NCBI GenBank assembly: GCA_963785235.1
Contig: CAWAUM010000002.1
Span: forward strand, 128,001 to 192,000
Direction: 5' to 3'
From: an uncultured delta proteobacterium
GTDB lineage: Bacteria > Desulfobacterota > Desulfomonilia > UBA1062
Length of the DNA: 64,000 nt
The position numbers were made by a program, and so were the translations under genes. The notes beneath the pieces were generated by a model. The model was not told where the DNA came from and did no database searches. It worked only from the letters and a program-made list of their open reading frames with translations. Positions 50,999 to 59,803 of the stretch are shown piece by piece. Within the stretch, counting starts at the first letter, position 1. Each line of letters opens with the position of its first letter.

Positions 50999-51029
50999 TA
51001 CACTCCTCCTTGACTTTATTGAAAATAAA

Positions 51030-51071
51030 TATAACATTAATAAGATAAAGAGTAAATTGTTATATAACAAT
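51030..51071. promoter_or_regulatory. Probable PdxR operator
   Basis: Perfect 16-bp palindrome ATTGTTATATAACAAT (51056-51071) plus a direct TATAACA repeat at 51030. Confidence 0.6.
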
Positions 51072-51084
51072 AAGGAGAGTAAAC

Positions 51085-51972
51085 ATGGTCAGATTATCGG
51101 AAAGGATTCTCGTGAACAGGGGCCTTGCCCAGATGCTCAAGGGCGGCGTGATCATGGACGTTACAAATGCAGAGCAGGCCAGGATTGCTGAAGATTCCGG
51201 CGCAGTTGCGGTAATGGCGCTGGAGAGGGTGCCTTCGGATATCCGGTTGCAGGGCGGTGTTGCCAGGATGAGCGACCCTCTTATCATCAAAGGCATCAAA
51301 GAGGCGGTAACTGTTCCGGTCATGGCTAAAGTCAGGATCGGTCACATTGTTGAGGCCCAGATACTTGAGGCCCTTGAAATAGACTACATAGACGAAAGTG
51401 AGGTCTTGACGCCTGCCGATGAGGAACACCATATCAATAAGCAGGTCTTCAGGATCCCGTTTGTTTGCGGTTGCCGAGACCTGGGTGAGGCCTCACGAAG
51501 AATAGCCGAGGGTGCAAGTATGATCAGAACCAAGGGAGAGGCGGGTACCGGCAATGTTGTAGAGGCTGTCCGGCATATGCGTACCATCATGAAGCAGGTG
51601 CGGGAACTATACTCCATGAGCGAAGACGAGGTCTTCAGCTTTGCAAAAGGACTTGGTGCCCCGCATCAGGTCCTCATGGAAATCCGCGAGCTTAAGGGTT
51701 TGCCTGTTGTGAATTTTGCAGCCGGAGGCATCGCCACCCCGGCAGATGCCGCTCTCATGATGCAGCTTGGGGCTGATGGTGTATTTGTGGGTTCAGGAAT
51801 CTTCAAGTCATCTGAGCCTGCAAAACGGGCCAGAGCCATTGTTGAGGCCGTGGCGCATTACGAAGAGCCTGCATGGATTGCACGAGTATCCGAAGGTCTG
51901 GGCGATGCCATACCGGGCCTTGATGTCAGAACAATGCCGGATGAAGAGCGGCTTGCTAAACGAGGCTGGTAA
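51085..51972 (+). CDS. pdxS: Pyridoxal 5'-phosphate synthase lyase subunit
   Basis: [39 protein letters not shown]. Confidence 0.97.
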   Translation: MVRLSERILVNRGLAQMLKGGVIMDVTNAEQARIAEDSGAVAVMALERVPSDIRLQGGVARMSDPLIIKGIKEAVTVPVMAKVRIGHIVEAQILEALEIDYIDESEVLTPADEEHHINKQVFRIPFVCGCRDLGEASRRIAEGASMIRTKGEAGTGNVVEAVRHMRTIMKQVRELYSMSEDEVFSFAKGLGAPHQVLMEIRELKGLPVVNFAAGGIATPADAALMMQLGADGVFVGSGIFKSSEPAKRARAIVEAVAHYEEPAWIARVSEGLGDAIPGLDVRTMPDEERLAKRGW

Positions 51973-52520
51973 TGATGATCGGGATCCTTGCGCTCCAGGG
52001 CAATGTCCGCGAGCACAGATTAAACCTCGAGCGTCATGGTGCACAGAGCCGGTGCATCCGGAGCCCCATTGAACTTGATGGTATTGATGGCCTCATTCTT
52101 CCCGGCGGAGAAAGTTCGGCCATGAAAAAGCTCATCGTGTCTTCAGGGCTTAAAGAACCTGTGCAGGGCCTGATCCGGCAGGGACTACCCGTCTGGGGAA
52201 CCTGTGCGGGGGTCATCCTTCTTGCATCCGGAGGCATCTGGCAGAGCGTGGATATTGAGGTTCAAAGAAATGCCTATGGCTCCCAGGTCTACAGCAGGGC
52301 TGCAAAAGGGAGATCCATCATAACGGACAGAGAGTTTTCCATGGTGTTCATCCGCGCGCCACGGATTTGTTCCATTCCGACAAATGCCCAAGTCCTTGCC
52401 GAGCTCGATGGAGACTTCGTGGCTGTCCGCTGCAGCAACGTCCTGCTTACCACTTTCCACCCTGAACTTACGCAAGATACTCCTTTCACTGAATATTTTC
52501 TCAAGATGGTGAATGAATAG
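51972..52520 (+). CDS. pdxT: PLP synthase glutaminase subunit
   Basis: LALQG, PGGES, GTCAG, RNAYG.Q, FIRAP, FHPE. Confidence 0.96.
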   Translation: MMIGILALQGNVREHRLNLERHGAQSRCIRSPIELDGIDGLILPGGESSAMKKLIVSSGLKEPVQGLIRQGLPVWGTCAGVILLASGGIWQSVDIEVQRNAYGSQVYSRAAKGRSIITDREFSMVFIRAPRICSIPTNAQVLAELDGDFVAVRCSNVLLTTFHPELTQDTPFTEYFLKMVNE

Positions 52521-52552
52521 CACCTCTACCGGCCAGGGTCTTGCACCCTTAA

Positions 52553-53497
52553 CTAGGGCCTTTCATTAAAAAACCGCCAGGCTTCTTGAGCCATATTCAT
52601 GTCCCGGCTCACCCTGCCCACAACAAATACTGGCAGATACTGCTTTCCGGAAGGTACAGTATGACCGCCTCCATGTATCATATAGAGGCACACCCTCGAA
52701 CCGGTCCAGGAAAGGCGCTCTATATGTGTATCATCAGCCGGGTCAAGGTCCGGCATCTGTTCAATCTTCGGGTGTAGTTCCCGGTTTTCGCTCTTCAGCC
52801 AAGCGCGGGCGGATTCCATGGAAGACACTACCTCTCCTTTTGAGATCACATAAAAGAGCCTCACCATACCACCTTCAAAGGGATTGATGGGGTCATCTGT
52901 ACCGTTCACTATCATCACGGGCATGCCTGCTCGCGGGGCCGCGCACTTTGAATAATTGTTCCCGGGCATGTTCGCGCCGATTACGGCAATGCCTGCTATC
53001 TTGTCACGAATTTCAGTGGCGAGACGAAAGCACATGTGGCCTCCGTTTGATAGGCCCACTGCATAGACCTTTTTCGGGTCTGCATGCCACTTTGTGCTGC
53101 AGGCCTCGATGAGCTTGGTTATAAACCCCACATCATCAATGTTCTTGGTATGGGCATCATCCTTTGGTGCGGTTCGGCAGTCGTTCCAATACGTCTGATA
53201 CCCGTCCGGGTAGACAACAAGACACTTCTCCTTCTCGGCAACGCGATCGAACTGATCCCCGCATATCTCCCTCATCTTTTTGCCCGTTCCCATGGCGCCA
53301 TGCAGGACAATGATGATGGGCGGGGCTGAGAGTTCCCCTGATGGGATGTATGCAAGGTAAGTTCGATCCATCCCGCCCAGCGACAGGGTTTCCTCCACGA
53401 CCTTACCCGGCAATACCGACTCTGCTGCATGGAGATAGTGCCCAGGAAAAAATGCTGCTACTATGATCAAGTGGGTGAACAAATGATGGTATTGCAT
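52553..53497 (-). CDS. Exported LpqC/PHB-depolymerase-family esterase
   Basis: Signal peptide, VLHG, VYPDG..WN, DDVGFI, GLSNGG nucleophile, GT.D, GGGH. Confidence 0.85.
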   Translation of the reverse strand: MQYHHLFTHLIIVAAFFPGHYLHAAESVLPGKVVEETLSLGGMDRTYLAYIPSGELSAPPIIIVLHGAMGTGKKMREICGDQFDRVAEKEKCLVVYPDGYQTYWNDCRTAPKDDAHTKNIDDVGFITKLIEACSTKWHADPKKVYAVGLSNGGHMCFRLATEIRDKIAGIAVIGANMPGNNYSKCAAPRAGMPVMIVNGTDDPINPFEGGMVRLFYVISKGEVVSSMESARAWLKSENRELHPKIEQMPDLDPADDTHIERLSWTGSRVCLYMIHGGGHTVPSGKQYLPVFVVGRVSRDMNMAQEAWRFFNERP

Positions 53498-53654
53498 AAG
53501 TGCCCCTTGTTTCCTGTAGTATAATAATTAAAAAAAACACGGATATAACAATCCACTTGTATATTCATGATGTAATACTCCAATCCAAGTTTCAGTTAAA
53601 GCAGAATCCATATGACTGTTGACATCCTCGCCCCTTCAACCCCATAGATACATA

Positions 53655-53945
53655 ATGAATTCCCTGGTCGTGAGATGTACCTTCTGCGGGAAACGGCACC
53701 TGATGGATATTGAAGACCTGGATTGCTGGTTTGCAGAATGTGGGTGCGGTGCCTGCGGGTTCGTTCAGGATGATTCGGAGTTCGGCGAGGGATTGAACAA
53801 AGGTGTCGGATTCACGGTGCATGAAGTCCCCAATCCGCGGGGTACGTTTGTCCACCTGGCTGACCCCTTGCCTGTCTTTGTAAATGAGAAGGGATGTTGG
53901 GTGTATGTGTGTTGGTATAAAAAAGATGCGAGGCCTTATGTCTAA
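53655..53945 (+). CDS. Cys-rich hypothetical protein, possible zinc ribbon
   Basis: CTFCG...C...ECGCGACG, 96 aa. Confidence 0.55.
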   Translation: MNSLVVRCTFCGKRHLMDIEDLDCWFAECGCGACGFVQDDSEFGEGLNKGVGFTVHEVPNPRGTFVHLADPLPVFVNEKGCWVYVCWYKKDARPYV

Positions 53946-54010
53946 GTCCTTAGACTGCGTTCACCTATATTTTCCGGTGTTGTACAATTCTTTCATTAAG
54001 GAGGTCCTTG

Positions 54011-55165
54011 ATGGCTAAAAGAGTTCTCAGGACAAACCTGTGTGACATGCTGGGTATCGAGTACCCCATTATTTGCGCAGGTATGGGTCCGGTTCTCATC
54101 GGTGAACAGGCGGGCTCGCCTGTGGATCTCGTGGTTGCCGTTTCTGAAGCTGGCGGTCTTGGTGTACTGGGCGGAAGCGGTTTTACCGTGGATGAGCTGA
54201 GGCAGGCCATCCGTGATATCAGGGCTCGCACAGACCGCCCTTTCGGGGTAGACCTCCTGCTGCCTAAGAATGTGGTCGAGGGCAAGGGTGTTGATTACGG
54301 CGATATCAAGGAAGTACCCCTGAGTGCAGCGTTAAAGACCCTGCCCAAGCCTTACCAGGACTGGATAAGTAAGGTAAGAACCGAACTGGGGTTACCCGGC
54401 GTGGAGGTTATGGTGAAGCTCAATACCACCACCATGCGGCCTCTCGATGCTGTGAAGGTGTGTATCGAAGAGAAGGTCCCCCTTTTCTGCGCAGGACTGG
54501 GAAATCCCGGCTTTATGGTGGAGGAGGCACATGCGAACGGAATCAAGGTACTCGCCATCACCGGCAATGTGAAGAATGCAGTGCGCATGGTGGAAGCCGG
54601 CATTGACCTGCTCGTGGCCCAGGGATTTGAAGGCGGAGGCCATACAGGCAGGGTAGGTACCATGGCGTTGCTGCCCGGGGCATTGGATGCGGCAGGTAAG
54701 GTACCGGTTCTTGCAGCTGGAGGTATCGGTGACGGCAGAGGGCTGGCCGCTGCCCTAGCCATGGGGTGTGCGGGTGTCTGGGTGGGTACCAGGTTTCTGG
54801 CAACGAATGAGGGTGGCGCCTTGGATGTGAACAAACGACGTATCCTTTCTTCCACTGAAGAGGACACCCGGGTGAGCTATGCAATAACGGGAAAGACATC
54901 ACGGACGAGCTACAGCCTGTTCCATGATTTGTGGAATTTATCCGGACTTGAGCCTCTCCCCTTTCCCATGCAGGTGCTGGTCTCTTCAGCCTTGTTCGCA
55001 GATTTGGTGGAGGCAGACAAAGACGAGTACATGGGCGGCTTTGCTGGTCAGGTCTCGGGCATCATCCATGATATCAAGCCTGCCAGGCAGGTGGTGGAAG
55101 AGATGGTTGAAGAGGCTGCCGAAATCCTTACCCGGGGGCTGCCGGAACGCGTGAAGGTACAGTAA
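54011..55165 (+). CDS. Nitronate monooxygenase/FabK-like flavoenzyme
   Basis: YPII.AGMG, AGGLG, PFGVDL, QG.EGGGHTG, AAGGI.DGRG, VGTRF, GQVSG. Confidence 0.9.
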   Translation: MAKRVLRTNLCDMLGIEYPIICAGMGPVLIGEQAGSPVDLVVAVSEAGGLGVLGGSGFTVDELRQAIRDIRARTDRPFGVDLLLPKNVVEGKGVDYGDIKEVPLSAALKTLPKPYQDWISKVRTELGLPGVEVMVKLNTTTMRPLDAVKVCIEEKVPLFCAGLGNPGFMVEEAHANGIKVLAITGNVKNAVRMVEAGIDLLVAQGFEGGGHTGRVGTMALLPGALDAAGKVPVLAAGGIGDGRGLAAALAMGCAGVWVGTRFLATNEGGALDVNKRRILSSTEEDTRVSYAITGKTSRTSYSLFHDLWNLSGLEPLPFPMQVLVSSALFADLVEADKDEYMGGFAGQVSGIIHDIKPARQVVEEMVEEAAEILTRGLPERVKVQ

Positions 55166-55224
55166 ATAGGTGAAGGGGTATATAGATATTAATAATGCCA
55201 GCAGAGCCTAAGGTGAGCTGAAAC

Positions 55225-55258
55225 AAAAAGGCCCCGTCTTATAAAAAGACAGGGCCTT
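55225..55258. terminator. Bidirectional terminator
   Basis: AAGGCCC-c-GTCTT-ataa-AAGAC-a-GGGCCTT with an A-run on the left (U-tract for the minus strand). Confidence 0.75.
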
Positions 55259-55268
55259 GTATTACTTA

Positions 55269-56558
55269 TTAGTCTTCATCGTCATAACCCGTACCAGGAG
55301 GGGCTTCTGATTTGATTGACCGGTTGATTCCCTTTGAAAGTATGGCTGCAATGGAGAAGAGTATTACCATTGCGCCGAAGAGGATCAGTATGATCGTGGT
55401 CAGCCATGACTGGGCTTCCTTTTCTACCTTACCGGAAGCGATCTTGGCCTGCTCGTTGAACTTTTCAACATCCACACCCATGCCAACCCATCCGAATCCG
55501 GCCGGCTTGGGGTAATCCTTTGCGTAGAAAGGTATGGGAGCATACGCCACTATCTTCGTACGGCCTTCGAATTTATAGGTCTTTATTCCCGATTTGCCCA
55601 ATGCGGCTTCTCTGGCGACCTCAGGCATGACCGGATCAATACCGCCAAGCTGATTGAGGTTCAACACCTCTTCACCCTTATTTTTCATTTCCTCGGCAAT
55701 GGCTGAGGTCAGCGGCGGAACAGGTGTACCATCCTTGTAGAGGCCTTCTATATGATAATCATTGGGGTGCGAGATAACAAACCCTCGGTTATCAACCATG
55801 TATGCATAGTTTCCCGTGGAGGCGTCCGCTTCTATGACGTAATTCGCCTCGAACGGCACGATGTTATCCGTGTATTTGGCAAGGGCCCTTGCATCAAGCG
55901 CAAGTTCTATGACCCCGGTAAAACCCTGCTTATCGAACAGCGGAGTTGCCATTCGAATAATCCCTTCGAATCTCTTCCCTTTTTCAAAATCAGCCTTGTT
56001 AACATACCACCCAGTGACAGGAGAGATATACATCTCACCCTTGTTGAGCTCTTTTGCCTTGAGGAAGTACTCCTCAGACTTATACGTTGTGTTGGCAGGA
56101 TTGCTCACATTTACTAATTCGTTTTTGGGGGCTATCTTGCCATCTTTAATTTTTATGAGCTCATTTCCATTGGTGTCTATGAGTGACATTTCCACATAGA
56201 GTGGCAGCTGTTCCTTTACGATGCCTGTATCTTTTTTAACCCAGAGTTCATACGTCTTGGTATCCAAGAACTGCTTATATGTCTCCTGGGTTGAAGGAAG
56301 GATTGTGGTGGTTAACACATCCCTCTGACGTTCACGCAAGAAGTTGGAGATATTCTCTGCCAAATCAGTTGCGCGCACACTGAGCTCCTGTTGCGATTTC
56401 GTATCAAGAGCATTCATCGTACCTGTTTTGGATAAGCCGCCAATATTGAAAATGCTGAAGGCTATGAGGGAAGCGATCAGTAATAAGGGGATCACGACAA
56501 GCAGGAAAAATAACCTTGCAACCGTTAATAAACGAGTTCCTTTAATCGATTCAGGCAT
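55269..56558 (-). CDS. Two-TM periplasmic Cache-domain protein lacking any cytoplasmic output domain
   Basis: TM1, dCache-like motifs (EMSLID.NG.E, YISPV, ATPLF, YAYMVD..GFVISHP, AYAPI, W.G.GV), TM2, then a ~22-aa tail ending GYDDED-stop. Confidence 0.82.
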   Translation of the reverse strand: MPESIKGTRLLTVARLFFLLVVIPLLLIASLIAFSIFNIGGLSKTGTMNALDTKSQQELSVRATDLAENISNFLRERQRDVLTTTILPSTQETYKQFLDTKTYELWVKKDTGIVKEQLPLYVEMSLIDTNGNELIKIKDGKIAPKNELVNVSNPANTTYKSEEYFLKAKELNKGEMYISPVTGWYVNKADFEKGKRFEGIIRMATPLFDKQGFTGVIELALDARALAKYTDNIVPFEANYVIEADASTGNYAYMVDNRGFVISHPNDYHIEGLYKDGTPVPPLTSAIAEEMKNKGEEVLNLNQLGGIDPVMPEVAREAALGKSGIKTYKFEGRTKIVAYAPIPFYAKDYPKPAGFGWVGMGVDVEKFNEQAKIASGKVEKEAQSWLTTIILILFGAMVILFSIAAILSKGINRSIKSEAPPGTGYDDED

Positions 56559-56611
56559 TTTTTCCCCCTTATTCTTTGAATCGTTCTGTTAAAAACCCTC
56601 TGTCCAAAAGC

Positions 56612-56989
56612 TTATCCAAACAGGAAAGTCTTGAATGGGTTGGCGAAGATGAGGATGAGCGTAATAACCAGCGCATAGATAGCGATGGATTCGGCCATGG
56701 CCATACCAACCATCATTGTCATCATGATCTTTCCCTGTGCCGCTGGGTTTCTGCCTACTGCCTCAGAGGCGCCTGCTGCTGCTGCGCCAATGCCTGCGCC
56801 TGCACCGATGCACCCAAGGCCGATAGCAAAGCCTGCGCCGAGCATTGCGCCGACCGAGAAGATCACCTTGATAAGCGGATCCTGAGCAGCCGGGATTGCA
56901 TCAGCTGCGAAGACTCCCTGTGACGCTAGAAGCGAAAGGGCCACTGTTGTTGCAATTGTGAAGAAGATTTTGGTCGCGTTACGAAACAT
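56612..56989 (-). CDS. atpE: Orphan F-type ATP synthase subunit c with N-terminal extension
   Basis: G.G..GAG.GIG glycine zipper, GRNP loop, AMAESIAIYAL with ion-binding Glu, FANPF; AAGGAG RBS. Confidence 0.95.
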   Translation of the reverse strand: MFRNATKIFFTIATTVALSLLASQGVFAADAIPAAQDPLIKVIFSVGAMLGAGFAIGLGCIGAGAGIGAAAAGASEAVGRNPAAQGKIMMTMMVGMAMAESIAIYALVITLILIFANPFKTFLFG

Positions 56990-57063
56990 GTTTATTCTCC
57001 TTTCTAACTGATAATTTTTTCGTATTCATTTTGACTGAGTCCTCATTTCTCTCATTCAAGAAA

Positions 57064-57079
57064 AGCAATAGCTATGCCA
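57064..57079 (-). promoter_or_regulatory. Sigma54 -24/-12 promoter for atpE-Cache
   Basis: Minus strand TGGCATAGCTATTGCT, near consensus, ~75 bp upstream of the atpE ATG. Confidence 0.85.
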
Positions 57080-57175
57080 CGTTGTGACAGTGTTAATATT
57101 TCTCCTGTACCAACTTGATATTAATATCTAATTTAGCTATGAATTCTGTGTATCACCCACTTTGCCTGAACAATA

Positions 57176-57198
57176 CTATTAAACGTATCGTTCAATAG
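57176..57198. promoter_or_regulatory. Candidate enhancer palindrome for the atpE sigma54 promoter
   Basis: CTATT-a-AACG-tat-CGTT-c-AATAG, ~100-120 bp upstream of the -24 element, separated by AT-rich DNA. Confidence 0.5.
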
Positions 57199-57439
57199 AG
57201 TCTCATCATGTTGAACAAAAAGTGTTATATGCCCCATGAACCATCAGTATACTCCCTGAAGGATATTCATCGAGAGCTCCCAAAAACATCCTTTTTGTAT
57301 CTAGTTTAAAGAACTTCTCATGGATGGATAAGGTTCGTGATGGAATGAAGTAATGATAAGGAGTTGCTATTGGTATTACAAGGGGGTGAGCTGCGAGGGA
57401 TTGTTTTGATTTGTAGCTGGGCACCAAACAATAGCTGGT

Positions 57440-57719
57440 ATTTACATAGGACTAGATATAATGACTTGGTCAGTCCTACCGGCATAGCAGAAACAAGGAA
57501 GAAGCCGAAAATGAAACTGCAAATACCCACTATCCAGATGCTGGATGCATACTGGAGAAGCAAGGGCAGGGGGATAGACATACTCATAGCCAGTACCAGG
57601 AATACCTTTCTTCTGTGGTATTTATCCGAGAGGGCCGAGATTACTCCCGCCCCGAATATACATCCACCCACAAGGAGGCCACCCATAATGCCCGGGACAA
57701 GGGTTGAATCGATGCCCAA
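57440..57719 (-). pseudogene. Fragment of an MFS transporter (C-terminal half helices)
   Basis: GAGVISALSDKYHRRK (MFS motif A-like) with three hydrophobic helices; no N-terminal half; degenerates after MPVGL. Confidence 0.65.
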
Positions 57720-57744
57720 TTATTTGTGGATGCATCCTATTGCA

Positions 57745-57786
57745 TGCACTTCATGCCCCGGTCGTGGGACCGGGGCATGAAGTGCA
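57745..57786. repeat. Perfect 19-bp inverted repeat/hairpin
   Basis: TGCACTTCATGCCCCGGTC-gtgg-GACCGGGGCATGAAGTGCA just downstream of the outer-membrane protein gene. Confidence 0.85.
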
Positions 57787-57802
57787 CCCTTTTTAACCTG
57801 TA

Positions 57803-59122
57803 CTAAATCGAGTAATCGAACCCGACAGCGAAGATCCAGGTTGAATTCTTCATGTCCACTGTACCGATGGGGGTTACAATGCTCTCATCTTTCCACCATG
57901 TATAACTGAGCCCGCAATTCAGGTTAAGGCCGGGAAGGACCTTGTAACCGAATCCCGCTGCAAGGTTCACATCATCCGAATACTGAACTTCAACAGACCC
58001 GGGAGTCGCATTGTAGTATGCGTCAATATCGTCCCATCTAAAGAGGGTGTACAGCGTTCCTGCGCTGACTTCCAGTTCAGGTGAGACCTGATAGACCCCC
58101 GCAACCCCGATACTCCAGCAATCACCGGCTAGGTTGGAAATATCCTTTCCAGTTGATGCCTTTCCCCAATTGGCTGCGCTCTGGAACCAGTAATTGGCAT
58201 CCAGCTCACCCCTGAATTTCGGTGTGAACAGGTACGATGCACCCATGCCGATCATGCCGGGGAAATCCCTGCGATTCTTTTCTCCATCTGAGTATAACCC
58301 AACTGACTCGCTGATATTGTCTCCACCCCTGATATCTGTCTTGAGATCCAGTTTCACCGGGGATTCGTAATGCAGAGCGAGATTCAATTTGTCATCCGGC
58401 CTTACCTGAACACCCAGCACCCCGCCCCATCCGTTATCTTCCTGTTCCACATTGACCTTTAACGGGTAATCCGGTGTAGCATCCCCCCCAACGCCGCCTG
58501 TCATCGTCAGACCCCCTTTGATGGAATTAGACACGGAGATGTTACGGATACCGGCAGCAACTGAGATCTTGTCTGAGATCTTATAGGCACCCCCCAAACT
58601 TGTTGCGAGATAGACCGAAGTGCCCTTGAGGTGCTCATTTGTGATGCCGGTGTAGGCTCCATAAAAGGGACTAGCCGGGTCAGTTAATAATTGTGCACCA
58701 AGCCCTCGGGTAGTGATGGAACCATCCGGGTAGTCGATGGACCCCGCACTACCCGGCATGTACAAACCACCGAAGATGGACCACAGTCCTTTCTTGTAGG
58801 AGGCATAGAGGTTGGGAACGAACAAGTCCGGGCTGTCCTGTTCATAGCTCAGCCGGCCGGTGCCCAGAGGATCATTAAAGGAATGGCTGGGCTTCCGGAA
58901 CATCATCTGATTCGAGACATTGAGATGAAACCCGTCGGACAGACTGACCAGACCGGCCGGGTTGTACACCACAATATCTGCCGCATCGGTAGCGGCATTG
59001 CGGTTGGACATGCGCACCCATTCCGCACTCATGTTGGTCAGGTTGTCAATCTGGGCAAAGCCCTGCCCGGAGGATAAAAATAGACAAGTGATTATGCCCG
59101 AGGCGATCAGAAGGTGTTTCAT
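57803..59122 (-). CDS. FadL/OmpP1-family outer membrane transporter
   Basis: Signal peptide, A.D....YNPAGL hatch motif, alternating beta-strands, aromatic C-terminal strand (GFDYSI). Confidence 0.82.
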   Translation of the reverse strand: MKHLLIASGIITCLFLSSGQGFAQIDNLTNMSAEWVRMSNRNAATDAADIVVYNPAGLVSLSDGFHLNVSNQMMFRKPSHSFNDPLGTGRLSYEQDSPDLFVPNLYASYKKGLWSIFGGLYMPGSAGSIDYPDGSITTRGLGAQLLTDPASPFYGAYTGITNEHLKGTSVYLATSLGGAYKISDKISVAAGIRNISVSNSIKGGLTMTGGVGGDATPDYPLKVNVEQEDNGWGGVLGVQVRPDDKLNLALHYESPVKLDLKTDIRGGDNISESVGLYSDGEKNRRDFPGMIGMGASYLFTPKFRGELDANYWFQSAANWGKASTGKDISNLAGDCWSIGVAGVYQVSPELEVSAGTLYTLFRWDDIDAYYNATPGSVEVQYSDDVNLAAGFGYKVLPGLNLNCGLSYTWWKDESIVTPIGTVDMKNSTWIFAVGFDYSI

Positions 59123-59554
59123 AAAGGATCTCCTTTCAAAAGGATCTATTCTATGGTTACCCCAAATGACCTATCCTTTAAACACAGGCTTATTACCACT
59201 CACGGAACCCGGCAAGAAGGGGTTACCGTATACCATGATATACAATTGTATAATAATGAACAGGACTATTCCAGCCAAATACATGACCAATGTGTCCAAA
59301 AATGGGGGTGAACTATCATCAGATGAATATCAAAGAGCTCAGAAGGCAAGAAGATCGGAGCTCTTAGATATGACTGACAGGCTTCCAGCATAATATCCAT
59401 AGAATGGGATGGCAGGTTAAGCCGAAGCAAGTATGAACCTTCAGGCTGCATAAACAACTTTGAAGGCTGCTAATATTACAGACAGTTCGTGACTTTATTA
59501 AAGCCGTATACTATAAGATAAGGAAAAGCACGTACAACGTAAAAAGGTATAGAG

Positions 59555-59725
59555 ATGAGGGAAATTGCCGCCATTGCAGCCTATCTTGTGTCCTGGTTGT
59601 TCTGCGAACTGGTAATCGGGATTAAAAGCGGGTTTATAACACTCATGATCTCCCTGCTCTTTGCCTTTGCCATCTACGCGCTGATCGCATATGCTGAGCA
59701 CGAAGAAGGGGATAAGAACGCATAA
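59555..59725 (+). CDS. 56-aa two-helix membrane microprotein (not in ORF track)
   Basis: MREIAAIAAYLVSWLFCELVIGIKSGFITLMISLLFAFAIYALIAYAEHEEGDKNA; AAAGGT upstream. Confidence 0.55.
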   Translation: MREIAAIAAYLVSWLFCELVIGIKSGFITLMISLLFAFAIYALIAYAEHEEGDKNA

Positions 59726-59803
59726 CGACCCCCTCCCTTTTTTTATACACAGACTATCTTACTCATTGCATCTAAGATAAGGATAAGACAAAATCATCGA
59801 CGC

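Noticed and set aside
56612-56989. Na+-specific c subunit, or its signal-like N-terminus as novel
   Set aside because: Helix 1 has Ile (GAGIG) where Na+-binding c subunits carry Gln/Glu, and N-terminal extensions are common in deltaproteobacterial c subunits.
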